32,000 bases of DNA from Pseudidiomarina andamanensis (GCF_009734345.1 NZ_CP032551.1:1680001-1712000); one strand, 5' to 3'; shown: positions 1-9,805, numbered from the stretch's first letter. Notes: generated by a model from the sequence alone, not told the origin. A program made the numbers and translations.

Positions 1-212
1 CAGCGACGTTGTTCCGAATGACGCCTGAAGAATGTCTACGTGGGGTAACTGTGAACGCCGCAAAAGCTTTAGGTTTGAGCGATCGCGGTCAACTGGCTGC
101 AGGTATGCGCGCTGATTTGTGCTTGTGGGATGTCGACGATCCAGCTGCGCTCACCTATCAGTTTGGTACCAATCCGTTAAGCGCTTGCTGGTATCAAGGT
201 TCGCGTCGCTGA
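1..212 (+). CDS. hutI: imidazolonepropionase, C-terminal fragment (5' end lies upstream of the window)
   Basis: Frame 3 is open from the window edge to TGA at 210-212. The tail ...[43 protein letters not shown]... resembles the conserved C-terminus of HutI amidohydrolases. The neighbouring gene is another hut enzyme. Confidence 0.8.
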   Translation, partial: ATLFRMTPEECLRGVTVNAAKALGLSDRGQLAAGMRADLCLWDVDDPAALTYQFGTNPLSACWYQGSRR

Positions 213-1240
213 AAGCCGTGCAAGTAAGCAAGTACCAACTCACTTAATAACTGAGCACACGCCATATCGCCAGCTTCGCGCCCAGCAGGGTGCAAGCTTG
301 GTGCAGCTTCAGCTAAATGTAGGTAGCGCGTGCGCGGTAAACTTGCCAAGGTTTCCACAAGACTATAGCCATGCGCCACGTTCAAGCCATTGAAGTTAAT
401 GGCACTGGCCGGCACGCCTTGTAATGCATCTACGTCAATTTCAATACCAAGTGGCACATGCCAAGCTTCTGCTTGGGCGGCTATGGCGCTGAGCTCAGTG
501 GACCAATCGTGGGTATATAACTCGTGTACACTGCGATACGTAAATTCCGCATCAGCCAGTTGCTTTAGGCTGTCAGCATTATTCTTGCCTTCATGTAGCC
601 CAACCACATGATAGTGCTTCAACGCACCGCCCACATAGGCATAGCTAAAGCCATTACCACTGTGACGGCCTTCACGCGCACGAAAGTCGGCATGAGGGTC
701 AAGGTTCACTGCACCTACGCTTACTTCTGAGGCTTGCTGTAATGAGGTAATCAATGGGTAGGCGTTGTTGTGGCCACCACCAATTAGTATCACATCAAAT
801 CCCGCTTCAAATAACGGCACCACAACTTGTTGAACACGTTGGTCGAGGCGTTCGCACAGTTCTCGCAACTGGGCTAATTCACCTGCATCTGTATTGCGCA
901 GGGCATCAGCTTGCTGCTGCAGATCATCGCATTGAACTTTCCCAACAATGAGCAGCTCATGGTCCGCAATCATTGGGTTCGATTGCAACGCCAGCAGCCC
1001 TTTCAATGCGGCCGCAAACGCATGCTCCGAACCGCCACGACCTAAATTGGCGCGCGGGCCAATGGATTCAGGAACACCAACGATGGCAATACGTTGCCCA
1101 CGCTCCCATGCTTGTTGAAGGGCATGATGATAGGTATCAATGGCACCAATGTCAGGTAAGCAGTGGACGGTTTGTCCGAGCCGGATTTCGCCGCTGCGAG
1201 GAGTGAACCACGCAGCGGGATCAATCGATGTTAAAAACAT
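194..1240 (-). CDS. hutG: formimidoylglutamase (arginase/ureohydrolase family)
   Basis: 348-aa ORF with ureohydrolase metal-binding motifs ([18 protein letters not shown]). It lies next to hutI. Its 3' end overlaps hutI convergently by 19 bp. Confidence 0.8.
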   Translation of the reverse strand: MFLTSIDPAAWFTPRSGEIRLGQTVHCLPDIGAIDTYHHALQQAWERGQRIAIVGVPESIGPRANLGRGGSEHAFAAALKGLLALQSNPMIADHELLIVGKVQCDDLQQQADALRNTDAGELAQLRELCERLDQRVQQVVVPLFEAGFDVILIGGGHNNAYPLITSLQQASEVSVGAVNLDPHADFRAREGRHSGNGFSYAYVGGALKHYHVVGLHEGKNNADSLKQLADAEFTYRSVHELYTHDWSTELSAIAAQAEAWHVPLGIEIDVDALQGVPASAINFNGLNVAHGYSLVETLASLPRTRYLHLAEAAPSLHPAGREAGDMACAQLLSELVLAYLHGFQRREP

Positions 1241-1255
1241 AGTGGTTGATTCAAC

Positions 1256-1741
1256 TTACTCGATATCAAGGGGTTCTGGTGAAATGATAATGCCCGTGCT
1301 ATCGGCGTAAAGGTGATCTTCTGGTAAGAACGTTACGCCGCCGAAGTTTACCGCAACATCGACTTCGCCGACGCTATCATTGGCAGCGCCAACCGGCATT
1401 GAAGCAACCGCCATAATGCCCATATCGAGTTCATCTAACGCATCAACATCACGAACGGCACCGTAGCAAATGATGCCTTCCCAATCGTTTTCAAACGCCA
1501 AGTCGGCGACAGCAATATCGACGAGTGCGCGGCGTGTCGAACCGCCGCCATCAATCAGTAGTACTTTACCGGTACCAGGCTGCTGCACCACTTCTTCAAT
1601 TATGCCTTTGTCTTCGAAGCACTTCACGGTGACCAACTGGCCGCCGAACGACACCCGACCGCCGTAGTGAATGAACATCGGTTCAACCACATCGACTAAA
1701 TCTGGGTATAAATCGCAAAGTTCTGACGTGTTGTATTCCAT
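1256..1741 (-). CDS. rraA: ribonuclease E activity regulator RraA
   Basis: 161 aa, collinear with E. coli RraA from start ([10 protein letters not shown]) to end (PLDIE). It contains VKCFED and DGGGS.RRALVD. Confidence 0.93.
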   Translation of the reverse strand: MEYNTSELCDLYPDLVDVVEPMFIHYGGRVSFGGQLVTVKCFEDKGIIEEVVQQPGTGKVLLIDGGGSTRRALVDIAVADLAFENDWEGIICYGAVRDVDALDELDMGIMAVASMPVGAANDSVGEVDVAVNFGGVTFLPEDHLYADSTGIIISPEPLDIE

Positions 1742-1835
1742 TGCCGTACCCCGTTCACTGTGACTTAACGTCTTGAATGTTAAAGCACAGTATAGCCGCT
1801 TCTGCCCGAGTGCAAAAGCGGCGCGGGTTAAGCAA

Positions 1836-3173
1836 TTACAAAATAAACCGGCTTAGGTCTTCGTCTTGCGCCAACTCTCCGAGGTAACGGTCGACATAAA
1901 CCGCATCAATTTCGATGCGCTGGCCATGTAAGTCACTGGCTTTGAAAGAAATTTCTTCCATTAGCCGTTCTAACACCGTGTGTAAACGACGCGCACCAAT
2001 GTTCTCGGTGGTTTCATTCACTTGAAACGCTGTTTCGGCAATGCGCTGAATACCATCTTGCGTAAACTCCACATTCACACCTTCAGTTGCCATTAGCGCT
2101 TTGTATTGCGTGGTTAACGATGCATTTGGCTCCGTTAAAATACGGACAAAATCGGCACTGGTTAAAGCTTGCAGTTCAACCCGAATCGGCAAACGACCTT
2201 GTAACTCAGGAATCAAATCCGATGGTTTTGACATCTGGAAGGCACCCGAGGCGATAAACAAAATATGGTCGGTTTTTACCATGCCATGTTTGGTCGATAC
2301 GGTTGTTCCTTCTACCAATGGCAGAAGGTCACGCTGCACGCCTTCACGCGAGACATCTGGCCCCGACACATCGCCGCGCTTACAAATTTTGTCGATTTCA
2401 TCTAAGAACACAATGCCGTTTTGCTCAACCGCCGTTAACGCCTGCTCTTTGATATCTTCTGGGTTTAGCATTTTCGCTGCTTCTTCTTCAATCAGCTGCT
2501 TGAATGCATCTTTTATCTTCATTTTCTTCGGCTTGGATTTTCCGCTGCCCATGTTCTGGAACATGCTTTGTAACTGCGATGTCATTTCTTCCATGCCTGG
2601 CGGTGCCATGATCTCAACACCCATTTGCGGCGCGCTGATTTCAATCTCAATTTCTTTATCGTCGAGCTGACCTTCACGCAGCTTTTTACGGAAGGTTTGT
2701 CGCGTGCTAGATTGCTCGCGCGGCTCTTCTTGTTCATCTGCCCAGCCAGTTTTCTTCGCTGGCGGTAGCAACGCGTCCAAAATACGTTCTTCAGCCGCGT
2801 CCTCAGCACGATGACGTACTTTTTGCATCATTTGCTCACGTGTTTGCTTCACCGCGGTATCGGTAAGATCGCGAATAATCGACTCAATTTCCTTACCAAC
2901 ATAACCAACTTCGGTGAACTTAGTCGCTTCCACTTTAATAAATGGCGCATTAGCAAGCTTCGCTAAGCGGCGAGCAATTTCCGTTTTACCCACACCCGTC
3001 GGGCCAATCATTAAAATATTCTTCGGCGTTACTTCTTGACGTAATTCATCGTCCAACTGCATACGACGCCAGCGATTACGCAGTGCCACCGCAACGGCTT
3101 TCTTGGCGTTGTCTTGACCAACAATATGACGGTTTAATTCATCAACAATTTCGCGTGGGGTCATATCAGACAT
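1836..3173 (-). CDS. hslU: ATP-dependent protease ATPase subunit HslU
   Basis: 445 aa. The N-terminus [10 protein letters not shown] is close to E. coli HslU. Walker A is [15 protein letters not shown]. It overlaps the hslV stop by 8 nt. Confidence 0.97.
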   Translation of the reverse strand: MSDMTPREIVDELNRHIVGQDNAKKAVAVALRNRWRRMQLDDELRQEVTPKNILMIGPTGVGKTEIARRLAKLANAPFIKVEATKFTEVGYVGKEIESIIRDLTDTAVKQTREQMMQKVRHRAEDAAEERILDALLPPAKKTGWADEQEEPREQSSTRQTFRKKLREGQLDDKEIEIEISAPQMGVEIMAPPGMEEMTSQLQSMFQNMGSGKSKPKKMKIKDAFKQLIEEEAAKMLNPEDIKEQALTAVEQNGIVFLDEIDKICKRGDVSGPDVSREGVQRDLLPLVEGTTVSTKHGMVKTDHILFIASGAFQMSKPSDLIPELQGRLPIRVELQALTSADFVRILTEPNASLTTQYKALMATEGVNVEFTQDGIQRIAETAFQVNETTENIGARRLHTVLERLMEEISFKASDLHGQRIEIDAVYVDRYLGELAQDEDLSRFIL

Positions 3174-3702
3174 TGCTCACCGACTCCTGTTCTTCAATGG
3201 TTTGGAAACTGTTGGTGAAGACACAAATGTCGCCTGCAATAGTCAGGGCTTTCTCAACAATCTCACGTGCGCTTAATTCGGTATTTTCAAGTAATGCGGT
3301 TGCCGCCGCCTGAGCATATGGGCCGCCAGAGCCAATCGCAATCAGGTCATTTTCTGGCTGTACGACGTCACCGTTCCCGGTGATAATCAATGAGGTGTGC
3401 TTATCCGCTACAGCTAATAGGGCCTCTAAACGGCGCAAAGCACGGTCGGTACGCCAATCTTTGGCGAGCTCCACAGCAGCGCGCATCAAGTTACCTTGAT
3501 GGGCTTCGAGTTTTTTCTCAAAACGTTCAAATAAGGTGAAGGCATCGGCGGTACCGCCAGCAAAACCGGCCAGTACTTGGTTGTTGTACAAGCGGCGCAC
3601 TTTGCGGGCGTTGCCTTTCATTACGGTGTTGCCAAGTGAAACTTGGCCATCGCCACCAATGACAACTTTGTCACCGCGACGGACAGATACGATAGTAGTC
3701 AC
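3166..3702 (-). CDS. hslV: ATP-dependent protease peptidase subunit HslV
   Basis: 178 aa with a GTG start. The mature N-terminus TTIVSVRR carries the catalytic Thr. AAGAGGA Shine-Dalgarno lies 7 nt upstream. Confidence 0.96.
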   Translation of the reverse strand: MTTIVSVRRGDKVVIGGDGQVSLGNTVMKGNARKVRRLYNNQVLAGFAGGTADAFTLFERFEKKLEAHQGNLMRAAVELAKDWRTDRALRRLEALLAVADKHTSLIITGNGDVVQPENDLIAIGSGGPYAQAAATALLENTELSAREIVEKALTIAGDICVFTNSFQTIEEQESVSNV

Positions 3703-3732
3703 AAATACGTCCTCTTAGTTGCTATGAACCAG

Positions 3733-3763
3733 TTATGAGGTCGTATTTGTGATTTTCAATGGG
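3733..3763 (-). promoter_or_regulatory. sigma32 (heat-shock) promoter candidate for hslVU
   Basis: On the minus strand: CCCATTGAAA, a 13-nt spacer, then CCTCATAA. The sigma32 consensus is CCCTTGAA-N13-17-CCCCATnT. It lies directly after the ftsN stop and about 30 nt upstream of the hslV GTG. Confidence 0.55.
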
Positions 3764-3769
3764 TAGGGA

Positions 3770-4321
3770 TTAATTCCAATTCCAAATTTGGCAGCCACGA
3801 ATATTTCCGCGCTGTAATTTGTGGCGATCGGTCTCAGCGGCACGGCGGCCTTCGTACGGCCCAAGTATTACTCGGTGCCAGACGCCATTGCTGCCATCGG
3901 TTGTACGAATTTGCGCTTCCAAACCAATCATTGCAATGGTCGCACGCATCTCTTCGGCATCGCTGATATTGCGAAACGAACCGCACTGCATCAGTTTCGG
4001 TGGACCCACTTCACGTTCTGGCACATCGACAATCACTTCTTGGTTTTCAAGTTCTTCAATGTATTGCCAGCGCTCTTCTGGTTTATCCGGAATAGGTTCG
4101 GCTACGGGTTGCGGTTGCGACTCTGGCACATCAACTGGCACTTGTTGCTGTGGCGCTTGCTCTGATTTGCCTGAGATACTTACCAATAGCCACACAAATC
4201 CACTTACCAAAACAATGGCAAGCAAAACCACCCACCACGACACGGCCGGTTTTTTAGCTGCCTTTTTGGTGTTTTTGGGTGGCGTTCGTTTGGCCGGACG
4301 TTTACGGTTCGCGTAATCCAT
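3770..4321 (-). CDS. ftsN: cell division protein FtsN (short form, SPOR domain)
   Basis: 183 aa. It has a basic N-terminal tail, one TM segment (WWVVLLAIVLVSGFVWLLV) and a P/Q-rich linker containing PEERWQYIEELE, which matches the essential E. coli FtsN motif PEERWRYIKELE. A C-terminal SPOR domain is present (LMQCGSF...WHRVILGPY). Its position upstream of hslVU matches E. coli. Confidence 0.85.
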   Translation of the reverse strand: MDYANRKRPAKRTPPKNTKKAAKKPAVSWWVVLLAIVLVSGFVWLLVSISGKSEQAPQQQVPVDVPESQPQPVAEPIPDKPEERWQYIEELENQEVIVDVPEREVGPPKLMQCGSFRNISDAEEMRATIAMIGLEAQIRTTDGSNGVWHRVILGPYEGRRAAETDRHKLQRGNIRGCQIWNWN

Positions 4322-4323
4322 AA

Positions 4324-6066
4324 TTACATCTTCTCAAGCGTCGGAATACCGAGCAATTCAAGGCCCTGACGCAATGTTTTCGCGGTCAGTGCAGCAAGTT
4401 TCAAACGGCTTTCACGTACACTATCATCTTCCGTTTGCAAAATCGGGCATGCTTCATAAAAGCTTGAGAACGCGCCAGCCACGTCATAGAGGTAGCCACA
4501 TAAGAAGTGCGGCATCGCTTTATCGGCAACGGTATGAATTACTTCATTGAAACGCACCAAGGTATTCGCCAGGTTGATTTCACGCTCGTCGTTAAGAACG
4601 AATGGCGCATCGATCTGCTCTGGGTTCACACCAGCTTTGCTGAAAACGCTATTCACACGTGTGTACGCATACAACAAGTATGGTGCGGTGTTGCCCTCAA
4701 AACTCAGCATGGTGTCCCAATCAAAAATGTAATCGCTGGTACGGTTTTTAGATAAGTCGGCATATTTCACCGAGCTGATACCCACCACTTTTGCCACGTG
4801 CGCTTGCTCTGCTTCGCTTAACGCGCCGTTCTTCTGCTGTACCAAATCAAGTGCGCGTTTCTCTGCTTCATCAAGCAAATCAGCGAGCTTGGTTACGCCA
4901 CCGTCGCGGCTCTTGTACGGACGTCCATCTTTACCCATGACCGTACCGAAACCGTAGTGGTCCATTTGCAGATCTTCGCGAGCAAAACCTGCTTTGCGCG
5001 CTAAGGTGAAAATTTGTTGGAAGTGCAGCCCTTGGCGCTGATCAACAAAGTAAATCAAGTGATCGCCTTTGAGCACGTTCTGGCGATAACGCACCGCAGC
5101 TAAATCGGTTGTCGCATAGAGATAACCGCCACCTGATTTCTGCACAATCACCGGCAGTGATTCACCATCTTTGTTCTTGAATTCATCAAGGAACACGCAC
5201 TGTGCACCTTGGTCTTCAACTAATAAACCCTGCGCACGCAAGTCTTCGACAACTTGTGCCAAGTCATCGTTATACGCACTTTCGGCCATTACATCAGCGC
5301 GGGTTAGTTTTACGCCCAGACGGTCATAAACTTCTTGGCAGTGGCTGAGTGACACATCAATAAACTGTTGCCACAGTGCACGGCACTTTGGCTCGCCCGA
5401 TTGCAGGGCAACCACTAATTCGCGCGCACGCTTGGCAAATTCTTCGCTTTCATCAAAACGCTTTTTCGCTGCTTTGTAAAAGGTTTCGAGGTTGCTAAGC
5501 TCCATGTCGAGTTCTTTGTTATCCAACTCTTCCATATGCGCGAGCAACATCCCAAATTGCGTACCCCAATCACCCACGTGATTCTGGCGAATAACTTTAT
5601 GGCCAAGCAGTTCTTTCACGCGGGCCACGGCATCACCAATAATGGCTGAACGTAAATGGCCAACATGCATTTCTTTGGCAAGGTTTGGTGATGAGTAATC
5701 AATCACAACCGTTTGTGCGTTTTCGGCAGGTTCAACACCCACGTGAGTGTCGCTGTACGCGCGCTCGAGCTGATCCAACAACTGCTGCTGGCTAATCGTG
5801 AAATTAATAAAGCCAGGGCCAGCTATATCACACTTTGCCAGTAACTGATTTTCTGGAATAGCCGCAATAATCGCTTCTGCCAGTGCGCGCGGATTCATTT
5901 GCGCAGGCTTCGCCAACATCATCGCTAAGTTGGTTGCAAAATCCCCATGACTTTTGTCGCGCGGACGGTCCAACTGAATGCGTGGCTGCACGTCGGCTGG
6001 CAAAGTACCTTGTTGTTGTAGTGTCGCCACGGCGGCGCCAAGGAGGGATTCCAACTGTTCTTTCAT
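4324..6066 (-). CDS. argS: arginine--tRNA ligase
   Basis: 580 aa with the class I HIGH-type motif (MHVGHLRS), an N-terminal Arg-tRNA synthetase domain and the C-terminal anticodon-binding end ...GIPTLEKM. Its stop lies 2 nt from the ftsN ATG. Confidence 0.96.
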   Translation of the reverse strand: MKEQLESLLGAAVATLQQQGTLPADVQPRIQLDRPRDKSHGDFATNLAMMLAKPAQMNPRALAEAIIAAIPENQLLAKCDIAGPGFINFTISQQQLLDQLERAYSDTHVGVEPAENAQTVVIDYSSPNLAKEMHVGHLRSAIIGDAVARVKELLGHKVIRQNHVGDWGTQFGMLLAHMEELDNKELDMELSNLETFYKAAKKRFDESEEFAKRARELVVALQSGEPKCRALWQQFIDVSLSHCQEVYDRLGVKLTRADVMAESAYNDDLAQVVEDLRAQGLLVEDQGAQCVFLDEFKNKDGESLPVIVQKSGGGYLYATTDLAAVRYRQNVLKGDHLIYFVDQRQGLHFQQIFTLARKAGFAREDLQMDHYGFGTVMGKDGRPYKSRDGGVTKLADLLDEAEKRALDLVQQKNGALSEAEQAHVAKVVGISSVKYADLSKNRTSDYIFDWDTMLSFEGNTAPYLLYAYTRVNSVFSKAGVNPEQIDAPFVLNDEREINLANTLVRFNEVIHTVADKAMPHFLCGYLYDVAGAFSSFYEACPILQTEDDSVRESRLKLAALTAKTLRQGLELLGIPTLEKM

Positions 6067-6085
6067 GAATAAAAAACCTTAAAAA

Positions 6086-6184
6086 CGTTAGTCGTTATTG
6101 GTTACTCGTTATTAGTTGTTGGTCATTCAAGTTTGGCTTTAGCGAATAACTAATAACGATTAACGAATAACGATGAGCGAAGCG
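6086..6184 (-). repeat. heptamer-built palindromic intergenic element, copy A (inverted relative to B and C)
   Basis: Left array of six 7-bp units: cgttagt cgttatt ggttact cgttatt agttgtt ggtcatt. A 15-nt spacer follows. Right array of six complementary units: cgaataa ctaataa cgattaa cgaataa cgatgag cgaagcg. Positions 6092-6124 match the reverse complement of 6141-6173 at 27/33 by eye. On the minus strand it is followed by TTTTTAAGGTTTTTT. Confidence 0.8.
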
Positions 6185-6216
6185 AACAAGGCAGTTATTT
6201 TATCTGCTTTTGCGCA

Positions 6217-8391
6217 CTAACTGAAGTCTTGTGGGTCAATGTCTAGCGACCAACGTACTTTTCGTAACTGCGGTAATTTTTCTAATTGCGGCAAAACATA
6301 CCGCAATAGCTGCGCTCGCATGGCTCGCTGCTGCGTTTGAATTAATAATTGATAACGGTAACGGCCGGCGCGACGCTCCATAACGGCAGGAATTGGGCCT
6401 AGCACAATCACGTCTTCGCGCTGCGGAAATAACGCGGCCACGCTTTCAAGGGCAGCAATCACCGCATCGGCATTATTCGCTTCAGCGCGGAACAATGCGT
6501 GTTGACTAAATGGCGGTAAATGAGTGAGTTGGCGCTCACGTAAAGCGGTCTTGGCAAAGTGTCCGTAACCGTTGTGGATTAAGTCTTGAATGAGCTCGTG
6601 CTCGGGGTGATGCGTTTGTAGCACCACGGTACCCGGCTTGCTGGCTCGCCCGGCGCGCCCTGCTACTTGGGTAAACATTTGTCCGAGTCGCTCAGCCGCA
6701 CGAAAATCTGCGCTATATAATGCGCCATCCACATCCAGTAACGCAGCCAGAGTAACATCCGGGAAGTGGTGCCCTTTCGCGAGCATTTGGGTGCCGACTA
6801 ATATCGGATAGTTGTTGTCGTGCGCATCTTGTAGATGCTGTTGCAAGCTACCTTTTTTCCGAGTGCTATCACGATCAATGCGCAACACAGGGTAATCTGG
6901 AAACTGTTCTTGCAGTAACTGCTCAAGTTGTTCGGTACCAACACCACGACCAATCAGCTGCGTTGAGCCGCAATCATGGCACTGCTTTGGTATGGGTTGT
7001 TGGGCACCGCAATGATGGCACTGCAGCTGTCGACTACCTTGATGCACTGTGTAAAACGCATCGCAGCGACGACACTGCGCCAACCAACCACATTCGTGAC
7101 AGAGTAACGCCGGCGCAAAACCACGACGGTTCAAAAACAAAAGCACCTGCTGGCCCGCCTCAAGATGCTCTCGCATCAGGCCTAACAACGGCTGTGACAA
7201 GCCCGCTTTTAATGGCAGATTTTTAATATCCATCACCACATGGCGGGCCGGTTTCGCTTGACCTGCGCGGCGACTGAGCTGCAAGTGCGCATAACGCTTG
7301 TTTAACGCGTTATTGAGTGTTTCAAACGATGGCGTTGCCGAGCCAAGAATAACCGGCACTTGCTCTTCATGACCACGCATCACCGCAATGTCGCGCGCAT
7401 GATAACGAAAGCCATCTTGTTGTTTTAATGAGGCATCATGTTCTTCATCAACAATGATCATGCCAAGCGCTTTACACGGAGTAAAAATGGCTGAGCGGGT
7501 GCCAATAATAATTGCCGCGCTGCCGGCACGGGCATCCAACCATGCGTCTAGGCGCTCTCTATCGGTGAGTGCTGAATGCAACATTACAATCGGCACGTCA
7601 AAACGTTGCTGGAAACGTGTGAGGGTTTGTGGCGTTAGACCAATTTCAGGAACCAGCATGAGAACTTGCTGACCACGGCGTAAAACATCTGCCATTGCCT
7701 GCAAGTACACTTCGGTTTTACCGCTACCGGTAACCCCTTCAAGCAGATACGTTTGATGTTGTTTCGCTGCGCCAATCGCGGCGACGGCAAGCGCTTGCTC
7801 TGGGTTCAACTGCAACGGCTCAGCGGCAATCTTCAGCGACCATGACTGCACGGGTGCCGGAATGTGCTCGACGGCTTCTACCCAGCCTTTGTCTTGTAGT
7901 GCTTTCAGAGCCGATGGCGAAAATTCCTGCATGCGAATATCACGGCTTAACATTGGCTTTTGTTGCAACGCGGCAAGTAAGCGCTGCTGTTGTACTGCTC
8001 GCTTTAAATCATTTGGCGAGATTTGCGCCCCATCTTCCGTTACCTGATAACGGGTGGTGGCTTGATAACTCGCACGCTCGCCTTGGCGTAATAGTACCGG
8101 CATCGCATTCTGAATCACGTCACCAAGCGGATGGTGATAATAGTCTGCCGCCCACTCTAGCAAGTTCCATACTGGTTGCGGCCACAATGGCTCGTCGTCA
8201 ATAACCTCAAGTACCGCTTTGCGTTGAAAGCTATCGTCGGGTGCTGAAGCCTCGCCCAGACACACACCAACCAGCTCACGGTTTCCAAACGGCACGCGCA
8301 CGCGCACGCCCACTGCGGGCAGTTGCTCGCAGTCGTAATCAAATAGGCGTGGTAAGGGTACCGGTAGCGCGGTTTGGATTATCATCGTCAT
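6217..8391 (-). CDS. priA: primosomal replication protein N' (PriA helicase)
   Basis: 724 aa. Walker A is GVTGSGKTEVY, DEEH box is VDEEHD. A Cys-rich zinc region is present (CHECGW..CRRC...CHHCG...CHDCGS). Confidence 0.97.
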   Translation of the reverse strand: MTMIIQTALPVPLPRLFDYDCEQLPAVGVRVRVPFGNRELVGVCLGEASAPDDSFQRKAVLEVIDDEPLWPQPVWNLLEWAADYYHHPLGDVIQNAMPVLLRQGERASYQATTRYQVTEDGAQISPNDLKRAVQQQRLLAALQQKPMLSRDIRMQEFSPSALKALQDKGWVEAVEHIPAPVQSWSLKIAAEPLQLNPEQALAVAAIGAAKQHQTYLLEGVTGSGKTEVYLQAMADVLRRGQQVLMLVPEIGLTPQTLTRFQQRFDVPIVMLHSALTDRERLDAWLDARAGSAAIIIGTRSAIFTPCKALGMIIVDEEHDASLKQQDGFRYHARDIAVMRGHEEQVPVILGSATPSFETLNNALNKRYAHLQLSRRAGQAKPARHVVMDIKNLPLKAGLSQPLLGLMREHLEAGQQVLLFLNRRGFAPALLCHECGWLAQCRRCDAFYTVHQGSRQLQCHHCGAQQPIPKQCHDCGSTQLIGRGVGTEQLEQLLQEQFPDYPVLRIDRDSTRKKGSLQQHLQDAHDNNYPILVGTQMLAKGHHFPDVTLAALLDVDGALYSADFRAAERLGQMFTQVAGRAGRASKPGTVVLQTHHPEHELIQDLIHNGYGHFAKTALRERQLTHLPPFSQHALFRAEANNADAVIAALESVAALFPQREDVIVLGPIPAVMERRAGRYRYQLLIQTQQRAMRAQLLRYVLPQLEKLPQLRKVRWSLDIDPQDFS

Positions 8392-8419
8392 ACCGCAAAG
8401 TGTAACTTGAAAAGCGAAG

Positions 8420-8560
8420 AGCGTTAATCGTTATTCGTTGTTCGTTGTTCGAAAAGCGAAACACGAAAGTCTGCGCACACCGCAAACTCACTCATTTTGT
8501 GCACTCACCTTCGAGCGAACAAAACAAACGAGTAACGAATAACGAAAAACGAATAACGCT
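8420..8560 (+). repeat. heptamer-built palindromic intergenic element, copy B
   Basis: Left array, CG phase held at 7 bp from 8422 to 8470: cgttaat cgttatt cgttgtt cgttgtt cgaaaag cgaaaca cgaaagt. A core of about 58 nt separates it from the right array at 8529-8558: cgagtaa cgaataa cgaaaaa cgaataa cg. Positions 8420-8451 match the reverse complement of 8529-8560 at 27/32 by eye. Confidence 0.8.
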
Positions 8561-9805
8561 TTATTCAGTCATGTAGTTCTTTGGTAGCTCGATGCGGGCT
8601 GCGCCTGATGCGACCGCTGCCTCGGCGACTGCTTTCGATACCCGGGTGCGTAAACGCGGATCTAATGGCTTTGGAATAATGTAATCGACGCCGAACTCCA
8701 GTTTATCGATGCCTGATGCTTTGAGTACAGCTTCTGGTACTGGCTCTTTCGCGAGCTGGCGGATGGCTTCAACGGCAGCCAGCTTCATTTCATCGTTAAT
8801 GGCTTTCGCGCGAACATCGAGTGCACCACGGAAGATGAATGGGAAGCACAGCACGTTGTTGACTTGATTCGGATAATCAGAACGGCCAGTTGCCATAATC
8901 AGATCGTCACGCACCGCCAAGGCTAATTCAGGCTTAATTTCAGGATCAGGGTTTGAGCAAGCAAACACGATTGGTTTCTCGGCCATCAGTTTTAAGGCAT
9001 CTGGTGACAGCAAATTCGGCCCTGATACACCAACAAACACGTCGGCTTCAGTAATTACTTCTTCAAGTGTGCGCTTATCGGTGTTATTTGCAAACAGCGC
9101 TTTGTATTCGTTGAGGTCTTCGCGACGTGTATGAATCACGCCTTTTGAGTCCAGCATATAGATGTGCTCGCGCTGAGCGCCACATTTAATCAGCAGCTCC
9201 ATACAGGCAATAGCAGCTGCGCCAGCACCTAAACAGACAATTTGTGCTTTGCGTAAGTCTTTGCCTTGGATTTCTAGAGCGTTCAACAAGCCTGCCGCGG
9301 TGACAATTGCGGTGCCGTGTTGGTCATCATGGAAAATCGGTACTTCGCAACGTTCAATGAGCGCTTGCTCGATTTCGAAACACTCTGGTGCTTTGATGTC
9401 TTCTAAGTTGACGCCACCAAAACTATCGGCGATGTTCGCCACCGTGTTGATGAAATCTTGTGTGGTACGGTGCGTGACTTCAATATCGATGGAATCAAGT
9501 CCAGCAAAGCGCTTAAATAACAATGCTTTTCCTTCCATCACTGGCTTCGACGCCATTGGCCCCAAATTGCCAAGCCCTAAAATAGCCGTACCATTTGAAA
9601 TAACCGCAACCATGTTACCTTTCGCGGTGTACTTGTACACATCGTCTGGATTCTCGGCAATGGCACGCACTGGTTCGGCCACACCCGGACTATAAGCCAA
9701 CGCTAAATCTTTACTGGTTTCAGCGGGTTTTGTCAGCTCAATGCTGATTTTTCCTGGCGTTGGGTAGGCGTGATAATCCAAAGCTTGCTTGCGAAAATCG
9801 GTCAT
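8561..9805 (-). CDS. NAD(P)-dependent malic enzyme, short form lacking the phosphotransacetylase-like C-terminal domain
   Basis: Collinear with the N-terminal ~420 aa of E. coli MaeB (ALDYH..PGKI, LAYSPGVA, VISNGTAILGLGN, FGGVNLEDIKAPECF, HDDQHGTA, GAGAAA, RSDYPNQVNNVLCFPFIFRGALD). The start is placed at MTDFRKQALDYH (9805) rather than the 24-codon upstream extension in the ORF track. Confidence 0.9.
   Translation of the reverse strand: MTDFRKQALDYHAYPTPGKISIELTKPAETSKDLALAYSPGVAEPVRAIAENPDDVYKYTAKGNMVAVISNGTAILGLGNLGPMASKPVMEGKALLFKRFAGLDSIDIEVTHRTTQDFINTVANIADSFGGVNLEDIKAPECFEIEQALIERCEVPIFHDDQHGTAIVTAAGLLNALEIQGKDLRKAQIVCLGAGAAAIACMELLIKCGAQREHIYMLDSKGVIHTRREDLNEYKALFANNTDKRTLEEVITEADVFVGVSGPNLLSPDALKLMAEKPIVFACSNPDPEIKPELALAVRDDLIMATGRSDYPNQVNNVLCFPFIFRGALDVRAKAINDEMKLAAVEAIRQLAKEPVPEAVLKASGIDKLEFGVDYIIPKPLDPRLRTRVSKAVAEAAVASGAARIELPKNYMTE

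Noticed and set aside
1795-1822. Hairpin GCCGCTT-N14-AAGCGGC downstream of hslU as a terminator
   Set aside because: It has only a 7-bp stem with a 14-nt loop and no T-run after it on the minus strand. That is not enough to call an intrinsic terminator.
2101-2670. 189-aa ORF on the + strand inside hslU
   Set aside because: It is fully antisense to a confidently identified, highly conserved gene. The translation is low-complexity (S/I/C-rich) with no recognisable motifs. This is a typical shadow ORF.
3819-4316. 165-aa and 114-aa + strand ORFs inside ftsN
   Set aside because: They are antisense to ftsN, whose product has the FtsN essential motif and a SPOR domain. There is no independent coding evidence.
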